Source: a phage. Taken from it: DNA of 40,778 nt. The position numbers were made by a program, and so were the translations under genes. Position 1 is the stretch's first letter, and every line of letters starts with the position of its first letter. The stretch lies in sequence record PZ179885.1, one strand, 5' to 3'. The notes under the pieces are model-generated. The model ran no database searches. It was not told where the DNA came from and worked only from the letters and a program-made list of their open reading frames with translations. This document shows, piece after piece, positions 8,713 through 19,338 of the stretch.

Positions 8713-8741
8713 CCCTAACTCATTCAATCAGGAGCTACACC

Positions 8742-8921
8742 ATGTATCAGAACACTATCAACTTCGAGCGCATCCGTGAACGTCAGCAGACTGAAGATTA
8801 CATTCCGAAGGGCCGCAAGCTGAACAAGACTAAACGTGGCGGCGGTGTCAAGGGTACTTTCCGTAACGCTGAAGGCAAAGACTCTCTGGTCAACAAAGAG
8901 AAGTATTTCATAGGAGCGTAA
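8742..8921 (+). CDS. 1.1: gene 1.1-like small basic protein
   Basis: 59 aa; KGRKLNKTKR matches the T7 gp1.1 motif as I recall it; RBS GGAG. Confidence 0.6.
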   Translation: MYQNTINFERIRERQQTEDYIPKGRKLNKTKRGGGVKGTFRNAEGKDSLVNKEKYFIGA

Positions 8922-8924
8922 GCC

Positions 8925-9173
8925 ATGAGTAAACGTTGGTTATTCGACGCATCCACGAGCCAGTGGTCAGCGTTAGGCCGGACTCACCGCGAGATGAGTG
9001 AGGCAGGACTTGATGTCCTAATGGATTACTCGCCGTGCCCCGGGAAAACTCTGGTAAGAATCATTGAAGCAGACGGGAAGCCTCTGGTATCCAGCGAGTT
9101 CACCGAACACGAAATCTTTAGCTGTGAGCAATGGTGCTTGCAACAACTGAATGCTTATAGGAGCTGGAAATAA
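8925..9173 (+). CDS. 1.2: gene 1.2-like protein (possible dGTPase inhibitor)
   Basis: 82 aa, ends in WK like T7 gp1.2; assignment mainly by size and position between 1.1 and ligase. Confidence 0.55.
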   Translation: MSKRWLFDASTSQWSALGRTHREMSEAGLDVLMDYSPCPGKTLVRIIEADGKPLVSSEFTEHEIFSCEQWCLQQLNAYRSWK

Positions 9174-10288
9174 TGACTACGACTATTAAAACTAACCCGC
9201 ACCGCGCTGTAGATTACTCTGAGTCTGGAGTTAAGAAGGCACTGGATGCTGCCGGGTCGCTCGAAGCTGAAGTGAAGTATGACGGTGTGCGTATAAACAT
9301 CCCGGTCTTCCCTACTGGTGAGGCCCAATGGTTGAGCCGTGAGTCTAAACCTCTCCCAGCCCTTGAGTGGCTGTCAGTCCTTACCAACATCGACAACATC
9401 GTCGAGGACCAGCAAAAAGCTAGCGACTGGCGGTGGTTCCTGAAGCAGGCTGGCTACGAAGGCACTGGTCTGATGATTGACGGTGAGGTCATGGTAAAAG
9501 GAGTGGACTTCAATACGTCTTCAGGTCTCATCCGAACGAAGTGGGTAAAGCAAAAGAACTTTGAGTTTTCAACTGGTGAGCACTGGGGTAAGGACTGGAC
9601 GAAAGAGAAGCTACCATTCTGTCTGGACCAGAGGTTCATCAAGGTGGTCGTCTACGGTGTAGTGGACCTTAACGTCATCCTTGACCAGAAAGCTGAAGGT
9701 CCTATCCATAGCGTCACACGCCTGAAGGCCGAAGCTATCGTCCCTCTCCTCCAGAAATACTTCCCGGAAATCGACTGGGTTCTGTCTGAGTCACACACGG
9801 TCTATGACCTTGAGTCGCTCAACTCCCTGTACGAACAGAAGCGTCTGGAAGGACACGAGGGTCTGGTAGTCAAGGACCCGCTTGGTAAATACAAGCGTGG
9901 CAAGAAGTCTGGCATGTGGAAAATGAAGCCTGAGGAGACCATCGACGGGACCGTGTGTGGCCTCGTGTGGGGGACTCCGGGTAAAGCTAACGAGGGTAAG
10001 GTCATAGGATTTGAGGTGCTACTGGAAGACGGTATGGTGGTTAACGCCTGCGGTCTGACTGAAACACAGAAGGACGAGTTCACGGCTAAGGTCAATGAAG
10101 ACCCGCTTGCTGCGGGGGGCATCTTTGCTCCGTATGCCATTGGTGGTAACGAACCTTACTTCGATAACCCATACGAAGGCTGGCAGTGTGAAGTCCTATT
10201 CATGGAGCGGTTCCCAGATGGTTCACTTCGTCACCCCAGCTTCAAGTGCTGGCGTGGAACGGAAGACAATCCAACCGTTAAGAGTTAA
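9173..10288 (+). CDS. 1.3: ATP-dependent DNA ligase (gene 1.3)
   Basis: 371 aa; adenylation motif KYDGVR (EVKYDGVRINI); position after gene 1.2. Confidence 0.95.
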   Translation: MTTTIKTNPHRAVDYSESGVKKALDAAGSLEAEVKYDGVRINIPVFPTGEAQWLSRESKPLPALEWLSVLTNIDNIVEDQQKASDWRWFLKQAGYEGTGLMIDGEVMVKGVDFNTSSGLIRTKWVKQKNFEFSTGEHWGKDWTKEKLPFCLDQRFIKVVVYGVVDLNVILDQKAEGPIHSVTRLKAEAIVPLLQKYFPEIDWVLSESHTVYDLESLNSLYEQKRLEGHEGLVVKDPLGKYKRGKKSGMWKMKPEETIDGTVCGLVWGTPGKANEGKVIGFEVLLEDGMVVNACGLTETQKDEFTAKVNEDPLAAGGIFAPYAIGGNEPYFDNPYEGWQCEVLFMERFPDGSLRHPSFKCWRGTEDNPTVKS

Positions 10289-10296
10289 CTAAACGT

Positions 10297-10332
10297 CAAC
10301 CCAGTGGTCTTCGGACTGCTGGGTTTCTTTGC
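10297..10332 (+). terminator. rho-independent terminator (TE-like early terminator)
   Basis: Hairpin AACCCAGTGG-TCTTCGGA-CTGCTGGGTT followed by TCTTTGC, immediately after the ligase gene, as in T7. Confidence 0.7.
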
Positions 10333-10370
10333 TTATGCTAGCAAGCTATCGTTTGGGGAACCAGCCTGAC

Positions 10371-10393
10371 CCTAAGCTATCACTATAGGACAA
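10371..10393 (+). promoter_or_regulatory. phage RNAP promoter, +1 G at 10388
   Basis: CCTAAGCTATCACTATAGGACAA; one mismatch at -12. Confidence 0.65.
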
Positions 10394-10421
10394 CCATAAC
10401 TTCGACCTAAGGAGGCCGACC

Positions 10422-10676
10422 ATGTTTAAGAACTTAATGTTCAACCGTTATTCCAATACCTTCCATCTGTCCAACAACCCGTTCGCTTGCATTAAGTGTA
10501 ATGAGAAGCTGGGCTACTTCGGGAAGGCCGTTAAGCTGTCACCTACAGTCTTCGCTCTCATTACTCCGGGCAAAGCTGAAGAGGCTCGCCAGAAGCGTGA
10601 GACAAATGTGCCAGTGGTCTACACTAAGTGGCCTCGAGTTCGTCTGTTCGTTGAGGTCGTGAAGGAGGTGTTCTGA
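10422..10676 (+). CDS. 1.6: gene 1.6-like protein
   Basis: 84 aa; NNPFACIKCN...RVRLFVEVV resembles my recollection of T7 gp1.6. Confidence 0.6.
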   Translation: MFKNLMFNRYSNTFHLSNNPFACIKCNEKLGYFGKAVKLSPTVFALITPGKAEEARQKRETNVPVVYTKWPRVRLFVEVVKEVF

Positions 10677-10746
10677 AGGGATGTATAGCTTGCTTAGAGA
10701 AGGATGACCATTATCCACACACACCTGTAATAAAGGAGCTAACAAT

Positions 10747-11217
10747 ATGAACGCACTTGAACAAGAGATTATCATTAAGTTGGTAGATAATAACGAAGGT
10801 CGCCCAGATGATTTGAATGGCTGCGGTATTTTCTGCCATAATGTCCCTTGCTACCTCTGTCCTGTAAATATCAATAAAAAGATAACCTTAGGTGAAATCC
10901 GAGCGATGGACATACGTAAGCCTAAACTGGAGAAACCAGAGGTAACTACTACAGACGACCAGCCTTACGCTAAGGCTATCGACGACGTACGCAAGCCGTC
11001 CCACTATCAGGTCTTTGACGGTGTGGAGTCCATTGAGATTATCGCTCGGTCCCTGACTGTCAGCGAGTTCCGTGGTTTCTGCATGGGTAACGTCCTGAAG
11101 TATCGACTCCGAGCTGGTAAGAAGTCCGAGCTGGCTACTATGGAGAAGGACCTAAACAAAGCAGCCTTCTATCAGGAGCTGTTCGACCTGCATAAAGGTA
11201 AGTGTTATGACGCGTGA
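10747..11217 (+). CDS. 1.7: gene 1.7-like nucleotide kinase
   Basis: 156 aa; EQEIIIKLVDNNEGRPDDLNGCGIFCHNVPCYLCP and KPSHYQ...GNVLKYRLRAGKKSELA match T7 gp1.7; lacks about 40 N-terminal residues relative to T7. Confidence 0.8.
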   Translation: MNALEQEIIIKLVDNNEGRPDDLNGCGIFCHNVPCYLCPVNINKKITLGEIRAMDIRKPKLEKPEVTTTDDQPYAKAIDDVRKPSHYQVFDGVESIEIIARSLTVSEFRGFCMGNVLKYRLRAGKKSELATMEKDLNKAAFYQELFDLHKGKCYDA

Positions 11218-11434
11218 AGAACTTAAAGCTGTAGGGGTGAAGCGTAGAGCGCTCAGTTTTTACCGAGCATACAAGGCGCTACGTAAGGGTATGTTAGCGT
11301 TCTCATTAGGACACAGTGAGTATTATGACTCTGACCTCCTACCGTTTGCTTATATGAAGACTCCTAGTATGATTATTAGGGTAGAGGAGTATGACCATTC
11401 TGACGACTGTGTAATGGTGAACCGATATGCTTAA
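11207..11434 (+). CDS. hypothetical protein (gene 1.8 position)
   Basis: 75 aa ORF beginning 11 nt before the gene 1.7 stop. Confidence 0.5.
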   Translation: MTREELKAVGVKRRALSFYRAYKALRKGMLAFSLGHSEYYDSDLLPFAYMKTPSMIIRVEEYDHSDDCVMVNRYA

Positions 11435-11521
11435 ACCGAGTGAGTGGTGCCGGGAGATGTACGAGAAGACTCTCAACCCGGACTACATTACGTTATACAA
11501 CCAATGGAAGGAGCGTGGTTT

Positions 11522-11641
11522 ATGAACCAAGACCAGATTAACTTTGTGTGTCAGCTTATTAAGGAGTTCGTGGACTTCACTGATTTATCCGAAGAGGAAC
11601 TTGTTAAGCTGGAAGAGATTCTCGACAAGGAGGTTTTATGA
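11522..11641 (+). CDS. small acidic protein (39 aa)
   Basis: Internal ATG of the 11444..11641 ORF with GGAG upstream; its stop overlaps the gene 2 start (ATGA). Confidence 0.3.
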   Translation: MNQDQINFVCQLIKEFVDFTDLSEEELVKLEEILDKEVL

Positions 11642-11796
11642 CTGAGGTTGAGAAGAAGTACATCGTGGAGCTTGAGGGACGCGTTCAGTCCTTCGAGGTT
11701 CCGTTGTACGCAAAGTCTCTTGAAGAGGCTACCCTGAAGTCCCAAGAGTATGAGGACGCTGGTTTTGTGGTCGGTCGGATTCGTCCTGAGGCCTAA
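11638..11796 (+). CDS. 2: host RNA polymerase inhibitor (gene 2)
   Basis: 52 aa; [14 protein letters not shown]...GFVVGRIRP matches T7 gp2 SFEVPIYAETLDEA...GFEVTRVRP. Confidence 0.8.
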   Translation: MTEVEKKYIVELEGRVQSFEVPLYAKSLEEATLKSQEYEDAGFVVGRIRPEA

Positions 11797-11814
11797 ACTA
11801 TCACTGTAGGACAG
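11792..11814 (+). promoter_or_regulatory. phage RNAP promoter (phi2.5-like), variant -3 G, +1 G at 11809
   Basis: CCTAAACTATCACTGTAGGACAG. Confidence 0.55.
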
Positions 11815-11853
11815 ACGTCCAGTTCGTAACTTTAAAATAGGAGATTCACACCA

Positions 11854-12552
11854 ATGGCTAAAGAGCAACTGAAGACTTTCACCACTCCGGTAGCTGGTAT
11901 CGTTGAGCCTTACGCATGGCTGAACAAAGCAGACACTAAGTTTAACGAGCGTGGTGAGCATAAGGTTAACCTGACATTCGACCTGAGCAGCCCGAAGGTC
12001 CGTAAGATGATTGATGTCTTACAGAAGATTCACGACGATGCGTATGCGAAAGCACTTGCAGACCACGAGAAGAACCCACCTCAGGTTCAGCGTGGCAAGA
12101 AGCCTATTGAACCACGAGAAGGCGACATGCCGTGGATTGAGAATGGTGACGGTACTGTTACCATGAAGTTTAAATGCTTCGCGTCTTACCTGAAGGATGG
12201 TAAGTCAGAGCCTATCGTATTACGGTTCTACGACACCGATGCTAAGTTAATCCGTGACGTCCCGAATATTGGCGCTGGCTCCAAACTGAAGGTCAAGTTT
12301 AAAGTCCTTCCGTTCAAGTGGAACGCTGCGACTGGTGCAAGCGTTAAGCTCCAGCTTGAGTCCTGCCTTCTGGTAGAACTGAAGGAGTGGAAAGGCGATG
12401 GTGCTGGTGGCGATGGTGGCTGGGGTGATGATGAAGACCTCGGTACTGGCTACAAAGCGTCAACCGATGGTGACTTCGGGTCTGACGACTTCAGTGACGA
12501 TGGTTGTGATGGCGATGACGACTCCAACTCTGGTGGCGATTACGACTTCTAA
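11854..12552 (+). CDS. 2.5: single-stranded DNA-binding protein (gene 2.5)
   Basis: 232 aa, the same length as T7 gp2.5; acidic C-terminus ending in DF. Confidence 0.93.
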   Translation: MAKEQLKTFTTPVAGIVEPYAWLNKADTKFNERGEHKVNLTFDLSSPKVRKMIDVLQKIHDDAYAKALADHEKNPPQVQRGKKPIEPREGDMPWIENGDGTVTMKFKCFASYLKDGKSEPIVLRFYDTDAKLIRDVPNIGAGSKLKVKFKVLPFKWNAATGASVKLQLESCLLVELKEWKGDGAGGDGGWGDDEDLGTGYKASTDGDFGSDDFSDDGCDGDDDSNSGGDYDF

Positions 12553-13004
12553 TGGCCCAATGGTCTGCAAAACGGGGGCACTCTGTGGGTGCCTACCGCT
12601 CTGGACTTGAAGCCAAGAACCAGCAGTGGCTGGAACAGAACGGCGTCAAAGCGGAGTACGAAAGCCATTATATCAACTATGTGATTCCGGCTTCCGACCA
12701 CAAGTACACACCAGACTTTATCCTTCCTAACGGTATCATCGTGGAGACCAAAGGTATCTTCGATAGTGATGACCGTAAGAAGCACCTTCTGGTACGAGAA
12801 CAGCACCCAGAGTTAGACATTCGGTTCGTGTTCTCAAGTTCCCGCTCCAAGTTATACAAAGGGTCTCCGACCACGTATGGCGCATGGTGCGAAAAGAACG
12901 GCTATAAGTATGCCGATAAGTTCATCCCGGTTGAGTGGCTTCGAGAGGCGACTGTACGTCTGCCTTCAGGTATCCTCATCCCCAAGAAGAAAGGAGTTAA
13001 GTGA
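12552..13004 (+). CDS. 3: endonuclease I, Holliday-junction resolvase (gene 3)
   Basis: 150 aa; YTPDFILPNGIIVETKG and DDRKKHLLVREQHPELDIRFVFSSSRSKLYKGSPTTYG match T7 gp3. Confidence 0.96.
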   Translation: MAQWSAKRGHSVGAYRSGLEAKNQQWLEQNGVKAEYESHYINYVIPASDHKYTPDFILPNGIIVETKGIFDSDDRKKHLLVREQHPELDIRFVFSSSRSKLYKGSPTTYGAWCEKNGYKYADKFIPVEWLREATVRLPSGILIPKKKGVK

Positions 13005-13474
13005 TGACTCAGAAATATAGACTTAAAGTTAGCATCTACGGGTGGCCTACAGGTACTATCGTCACAAAATGTGCGAAAGACCCTGTACCAGTGCCTGGAC
13101 TTGTTCTGGTGGAATCCACTGAGCGTGGCCTCTACAAGCACGGAGCAGCGGGGCATAACAGTCAGCCTGACGGAATGTGGGGGGCATGGGTTTCAAATGA
13201 ATATCTTGAGGAAATTGTAGAGGATAAACCTCAAGTCCTGCCAGCCTCAAGCGTCCCTCCTGTCACCGTTAAACGTGAAGTCCTGACCATCGACAAGATT
13301 GGTGTAGGCCAGACGTTCATCGTCCACGGGAAGCCTGAAGAAGTTTACGTGAAGATTAGCAACTCACACGTCTTCAACCATAAGCGTCTCCAGATGCACA
13401 CCACGGACGCACAGCGCTTCACCCAGCACCTGAATCTAGTGGTCGTAGAATTGGTGGTGTACAATGGTAAGTAA
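13004..13474 (+). CDS. hypothetical protein (156 aa) between genes 3 and 3.5
   Basis: AAGGAG 8 nt upstream; ATG overlaps the gene 3 stop by one base; no homology recognised. Confidence 0.6.
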   Translation: MTQKYRLKVSIYGWPTGTIVTKCAKDPVPVPGLVLVESTERGLYKHGAAGHNSQPDGMWGAWVSNEYLEEIVEDKPQVLPASSVPPVTVKREVLTIDKIGVGQTFIVHGKPEEVYVKISNSHVFNHKRLQMHTTDAQRFTQHLNLVVVELVVYNGK

Positions 13475-13922
13475 GGTACAGTTCAACCCACGGTCCCGGA
13501 CTGACGCTATCTTCGTTCACTGTTCGGCTACCAAGCCAGAGATGGACATCGGGGTAGAGACCATCCGTATGTGGCACAAGCAGCAAGGCTGGCTGGACGT
13601 AGGCTACCACTTTATCATCAAGCGTGATGGCACTGTGGAAGAGGGTCGCCCGGTCAATGTCGTAGGGTCACACGTTAAGGACTGGAACTCAAAGTCCGTA
13701 GGCGTCTGCCTTGTAGGTGGAATTGACGCTAAGGGCAAGTTTGAAGCTAACTTCACTCCGGACCAGATGAACTCCCTGCGCAACAAGCTGGCTGACCTGA
13801 AGGCCCTGTATCCTCAGGCAGAAATCAAAGCACACCATGACGTAGCACCGAAGGCGTGTCCAAGTTTCGACTTGCAGCGCTGGCTATCTACCAATGAACT
13901 GGTAACTTCCGACCGTGGTTAA
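13464..13922 (+). CDS. 3.5: lysozyme, N-acetylmuramoyl-L-alanine amidase (gene 3.5)
   Basis: 152 aa; TDAIFVHCSATKP, WLDVGYHFIIKRDGTVEEGR, HHDVAPKACPSFDL and C-terminal NELVTSDRG match T7 gp3.5. Confidence 0.97.
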   Translation: MVSKVQFNPRSRTDAIFVHCSATKPEMDIGVETIRMWHKQQGWLDVGYHFIIKRDGTVEEGRPVNVVGSHVKDWNSKSVGVCLVGGIDAKGKFEANFTPDQMNSLRNKLADLKALYPQAEIKAHHDVAPKACPSFDLQRWLSTNELVTSDRG

Positions 13923-13946
13923 TAAACTCTAAAGGAGAACACCTCA

Positions 13947-14162
13947 ATGATTAAACTTATCGAATTTCTTGGTCGTCTGGTGGTGCGTGGTTATCGTCGT
14001 GCTGCGGTACTGGAACGAAAGGTAGCAGAGAAGACTGCTGACGGTGCGGCTGATGCTGCTGCTCTGGCTGACAAGCTGACCATCGCGTCACTGGAAGCTG
14101 GCATGAAGGCACGTCAAGCTGACACCAAAGCTGACCAGTTGGCTCAGTTCTTCAAAGCCTAA
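13947..14162 (+). CDS. hypothetical protein (71 aa)
   Basis: AAAGGAG RBS; Ala-rich, probably helical. Confidence 0.55.
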   Translation: MIKLIEFLGRLVVRGYRRAAVLERKVAEKTADGAADAAALADKLTIASLEAGMKARQADTKADQLAQFFKA

Positions 14163-14180
14163 ACTATCACCTTAGGGATG
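14158..14180 (+). promoter_or_regulatory. degenerate phage promoter-like sequence upstream of gene 4, putative +1 at 14175
   Basis: CCTAAACTATCACCTTAGGGATG; mismatches at -4 and -3; followed by hairpin GGGACA-ATAAGTCC-TGTCCC. Confidence 0.35.
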
Positions 14181-14227
14181 GGACAATAAGTCCTGTCCCT
14201 TTGTTCGCATTCGTGATTAAGGAGTGA

Positions 14228-15931
<1,704 letters not shown>

Positions 15932-15942
15932 GGAGGAGTACA

Positions 15943-16107
15943 TTGCTAAGAAAACTTAAAGCTCGCTACCATCGGTTCATGTACAAATGGTGGAGCGATG
16001 AAGCAACCTGCCTGTCAAACATTCTAGGAGAACAGAGGTTCGACTCTAAGGCATGGAAGAAGGCTAACCGTAAGTTCATGTACCACTTCTTGCGTACAGA
16101 CTTCTAG
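15943..16107 (+). CDS. small basic protein (start uncertain, TTG assumed)
   Basis: AGGAGG 6 nt upstream of a TTG; an alternative ATG start lies at 15979. Confidence 0.3.
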   Translation: MLRKLKARYHRFMYKWWSDEATCLSNILGEQRFDSKAWKKANRKFMYHFLRTDF

Positions 16108-16133
16108 GTCTAGACTCAAGGTCATTCACAGCG
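16091..16133 (+). promoter_or_regulatory. conserved intergenic element, putative RNase III site
   Basis: TAGACTCAAGGTCATTCACAGCGAGTGGCCTTTATGATTAGAC; the inner stem AGGUCA/UGGCCU can pair. Confidence 0.5.
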
Positions 16134-16170
16134 AGTGGCCTTTATGATTAGACTAAACGGAGGATTAACC

Positions 16171-16572
16171 ATGTTTGATTGCATTGAGTGGACCGGGTGC
16201 CGAGACCGTTTCGGATACGGTATGCGAAAGGTCAACGGGAAAGTCCGTAGACTACATCTGATAGCCTTCGAGGAGGCGAACGGTCCGATACCTGAAGGAA
16301 TGGTCGTGCGACATAAGTGTGACAACCCATCGTGTTACAACCCAGCACACTTAGAGCTGGGGACACGGGCTGACAACAATCGTGATAGAGACGTAAGAGG
16401 TCGAACCGCTAAGGGAGTGAGGCATGGGAGTTCTAGACTTACACCTGAAATAATACAAGAGGCCAAGGTGCTCTACGCAGGAGGTGGATGGACTCACCGC
16501 TCCCTAGGTGAGAAGTATGGAGTTGGACACCGCACGATAGCTAGAGCAATTGGAGGAGAAACATGGACTTAA
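16171..16572 (+). CDS. HNH homing endonuclease
   Basis: CIEWTGC...GYG...HLIAFEEANGPIPEGMVVRHKCDNPSCYNPAHLELGTRADNNRD; paralogue of 22218..22634. Confidence 0.85.
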   Translation: MFDCIEWTGCRDRFGYGMRKVNGKVRRLHLIAFEEANGPIPEGMVVRHKCDNPSCYNPAHLELGTRADNNRDRDVRGRTAKGVRHGSSRLTPEIIQEAKVLYAGGGWTHRSLGEKYGVGHRTIARAIGGETWT

Positions 16573-18731
16573 GTAACGTATACGGGTCTGACATCGAGAC
16601 CAACGGTCTCCTTGACACCGTGTCCCAGTTCCATTGTGGGGTCCTGATTAATGCCGAGTCTAATGAGACCATTAAGTATGGGGTAGCTCCGATGGTCGGT
16701 ATCGTCGGTGGCTTCAAAGAGTATGTACAGAAGGTGGAAGAGATTGTCGCATCACCTGATGGTATGCTGATATTCCACAACGGTATCAACTATGACGTCC
16801 CGGCTATTGACAAGCTAAAGCGTCTGTACTTTGGGAAACGCTTTAACTTCCCGAAACACAAGATGATTGATACCTTGGTGCTGGGACGCTTGATGTATCC
16901 AAACATTAAGTTCTCAGACATGGGCGCAGTGAAAGCTGGTCGTCTGCCACCTAAGATGATGGGACGCCAGTCTCTTGAGGCTTGGGGCTATCGTCTCGGT
17001 GAGATGAAAGGTGAGTACAAACACGATTACGTTGCCAAGTGCAAGGCTGAAGGTATCGAATATAAGGCTGGGGACGAATGGTTGTTCCCATCTCAGGAGA
17101 TGCTAGACTATAACGTTCAAGACGTTGTGGTCACACTGGCGTTGTTCAAGAAGTTCCTGACTGACAAGTATTACTTCCAGTCTGAACAGTTCGCTTTCGA
17201 CCAGATTTATGCGTTGCGTCTGGAACATGATGCTGCGTGGACCTGTGCGAAGATGGAGCGTAACGGCTATCCGATGAACACCGAGATGGTCGAAGGCTTA
17301 TATCGTGAACTCACCGTCAAACGTGCAGAGTTGTTGGACAAGCTGCGTTCGACTTTCGGTAGCTGGTATGCACCAAAGGGAGGCAAGGAGTTCTTCAAGC
17401 ACCCACGGACAGGCAAGGACCTTCCGAAGTATCCGCGAGTCGTGTATCCTAAGGTCGGGTCAGTATTCAAGAAGCCGAAGAACAAAGCTCAACGCTTAGG
17501 TCTGGAGCCTTGCGAGTTCGACTCACGAGACACGATGGAAGGAGCACCGTTCACGCCAATCACTTACGTTGAGTTTAATCCGGGAAGCGGAGACCACTTA
17601 GCGAAAGTCTTGATGGAGCGTGGTTGGGAGCCTGTGGACTTCACTGACACTGGGAAACCTGTAGTCGATGACGAGACGTTAGAACACGTTAAGCTACCAG
17701 ACGCAGAGGCTCAGGCTTGCGTAGAGCTGGTCCGTGAGTATCTGGTAGTCCAGAAGCGCAGCGGTCAGGCGGCTGAAGGTAAGAACGCATGGTTGAAACT
17801 TGTAGGTCCAGACGGACGTATGCACGGTTCAATCAACCCATGCGGTGCAGTAACAGGACGTGCGACTCATAGTTCACCAAACATGGCTCAGGTCCCTGCT
17901 AACGGTGCTCCGTATGGTGAGATTTGCCGTGGTGCTTTCGGTGCAGCTTGGAACAAGACGGATGGTAAGCCAGACCCTTGGATTCAAGTGGGTGTGGATG
18001 CTTCAGGTCTTGAGCTTCGTTGTCTGGGGAACCGAGCAGCTCCGTTTGATGGTGGTGCCTATGCGAAGACTGTGGTAGAAGGTGACATCCACTGGGCCAA
18101 CGCAGTCAACGCTGGGTTAGCACCTAACGTCCCACGCGATAAGTCGAACCACGACCATGATGCTTTCCGTAACAACGCTAAGACGTTCATCTATGCGTTC
18201 CTGTATGGTGCAGGGGCCGCTAAGATTGGACTGATAGTCGGCGGTGGTAAGAAGGAAGGTTCAGCTCTCATGAAGAAATTCATTGAGGGTACACCAGCCA
18301 TCAAGGACCTCAGGGAAGCTGTGAGTAATACGTTAATCTCAGACTCTAAGTGGGTAGATGGTGAGAACATCGTTAAGTGGAAACGCCGTTGGCTGCGTGG
18401 ACTTGACGGTCGCCGTATCCACATCCGGTCGCCACACTCAGCACTGAACGCCTTACTTCAAGGTGATGGTGCGGTAGTCTGTAAAACGTGGTTCACTTGG
18501 CTTGAGAGGAACCTAGAAGCTAAAGGCTACGTGCATGGCTGGGATGGCGACTTTGCGATTATGGCTTTTGTCCATGACGAAGTTCAGGTTGCCGCAAGGA
18601 CCATGGAAATAGCTGAGGACATCGTTAGGGTGGCGCAATCAACAATGAGAGAGGTTGGAGAGTTCTACCAGTTCAAGTGTGTGCTTGACACCGAGGGTAA
18701 GATAGGACCTACGTGGCGCGAATGTCACTAA
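16563..18731 (+). CDS. 5: DNA polymerase (gene 5)
   Basis: 722 aa; collinear with T7 gp5 (FHCGV, FHNGINYDVPA, EAWGYRLGEMKGEYK, DYNVQDVVVT, NPCGAVTGRATH, LELRCL, NAKTFIYAFLYGAG, HDE). Confidence 0.98.
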   Translation: MDLSNVYGSDIETNGLLDTVSQFHCGVLINAESNETIKYGVAPMVGIVGGFKEYVQKVEEIVASPDGMLIFHNGINYDVPAIDKLKRLYFGKRFNFPKHKMIDTLVLGRLMYPNIKFSDMGAVKAGRLPPKMMGRQSLEAWGYRLGEMKGEYKHDYVAKCKAEGIEYKAGDEWLFPSQEMLDYNVQDVVVTLALFKKFLTDKYYFQSEQFAFDQIYALRLEHDAAWTCAKMERNGYPMNTEMVEGLYRELTVKRAELLDKLRSTFGSWYAPKGGKEFFKHPRTGKDLPKYPRVVYPKVGSVFKKPKNKAQRLGLEPCEFDSRDTMEGAPFTPITYVEFNPGSGDHLAKVLMERGWEPVDFTDTGKPVVDDETLEHVKLPDAEAQACVELVREYLVVQKRSGQAAEGKNAWLKLVGPDGRMHGSINPCGAVTGRATHSSPNMAQVPANGAPYGEICRGAFGAAWNKTDGKPDPWIQVGVDASGLELRCLGNRAAPFDGGAYAKTVVEGDIHWANAVNAGLAPNVPRDKSNHDHDAFRNNAKTFIYAFLYGAGAAKIGLIVGGGKKEGSALMKKFIEGTPAIKDLREAVSNTLISDSKWVDGENIVKWKRRWLRGLDGRRIHIRSPHSALNALLQGDGAVVCKTWFTWLERNLEAKGYVHGWDGDFAIMAFVHDEVQVAARTMEIAEDIVRVAQSTMREVGEFYQFKCVLDTEGKIGPTWRECH

Positions 18732-18740
18732 GGAGATAAG

Positions 18741-19067
18741 ATGGGAGGTGTAGCAACCTTACGATTCCATAAGATGCCTACTGGATGTATCGTCTGTGTA
18801 TCACATCGTCGAAACCATGATGGATACTTTCGGTACACGGTAGGCTCTGCCCGTAAGCCGGGACGCAAGGCGTTTATGTTCCACCGATGGGTGTGGGAGC
18901 AGAAGCGCGGACCTATACCAGATGGCTACGAGATAGACCATTTGTGCTTTAACCGTGGGTGCTGCAACATAGAGCACCTACAATGTATTCCAAAGCGTGA
19001 GCACGTCATCAAGACGAACCGTGAGCGCAAACTTATTAAGAAGGAGAAGACTAATGGCTATTACTAA
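18741..19067 (+). CDS. HNH endonuclease (gene 5.3 position)
   Basis: 108 aa; HRWVWEQKRGPIPDGYEIDHLCFNRGCCNIEHLQCIPKREH. Confidence 0.85.
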   Translation: MGGVATLRFHKMPTGCIVCVSHRRNHDGYFRYTVGSARKPGRKAFMFHRWVWEQKRGPIPDGYEIDHLCFNRGCCNIEHLQCIPKREHVIKTNRERKLIKKEKTNGYY

Positions 19068-19338
19068 ACGTATTCGTGTAAGTTTCGACCTGAAGATGGT
19101 TGTCAACTCAAAGGAAGAAGAGACCATGTGTCGCCAACTGGCCGAGAGGACTAAAGCCTACGCTGAGGGCGAGAAGCTGGATGGACTTCAGTTGGCTCTG
19201 GTCAAAGCAGCAATCGAATCAGGCCCTGAGTCTGCCCTTGAGATTGCCGTCAAGAAGACCATCAAGGAGGAGCTGGTATACGCCTTTGGTGATGACCAGT
19301 TCGGCGTGTCTAACCTGCGATTTGAGGTCAAGAAATGA
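19054..19338 (+). CDS. 5.5: gene 5.5-like protein
   Basis: MAITKRIRVSFDL resembles T7 gp5.5 MAMTKKFKVSFDV; internal ATG of the 18997 ORF. Confidence 0.75.
   Translation: MAITKRIRVSFDLKMVVNSKEEETMCRQLAERTKAYAEGEKLDGLQLALVKAAIESGPESALEIAVKKTIKEELVYAFGDDQFGVSNLRFEVKK

Noticed and set aside
11444-11641. Full 65 aa ORF from the track start
   Set aside because: The upstream portion has no RBS; the internal ATG at 11522 with GGAG upstream is the more plausible start, so only a 39 aa ORF was called, at low confidence.
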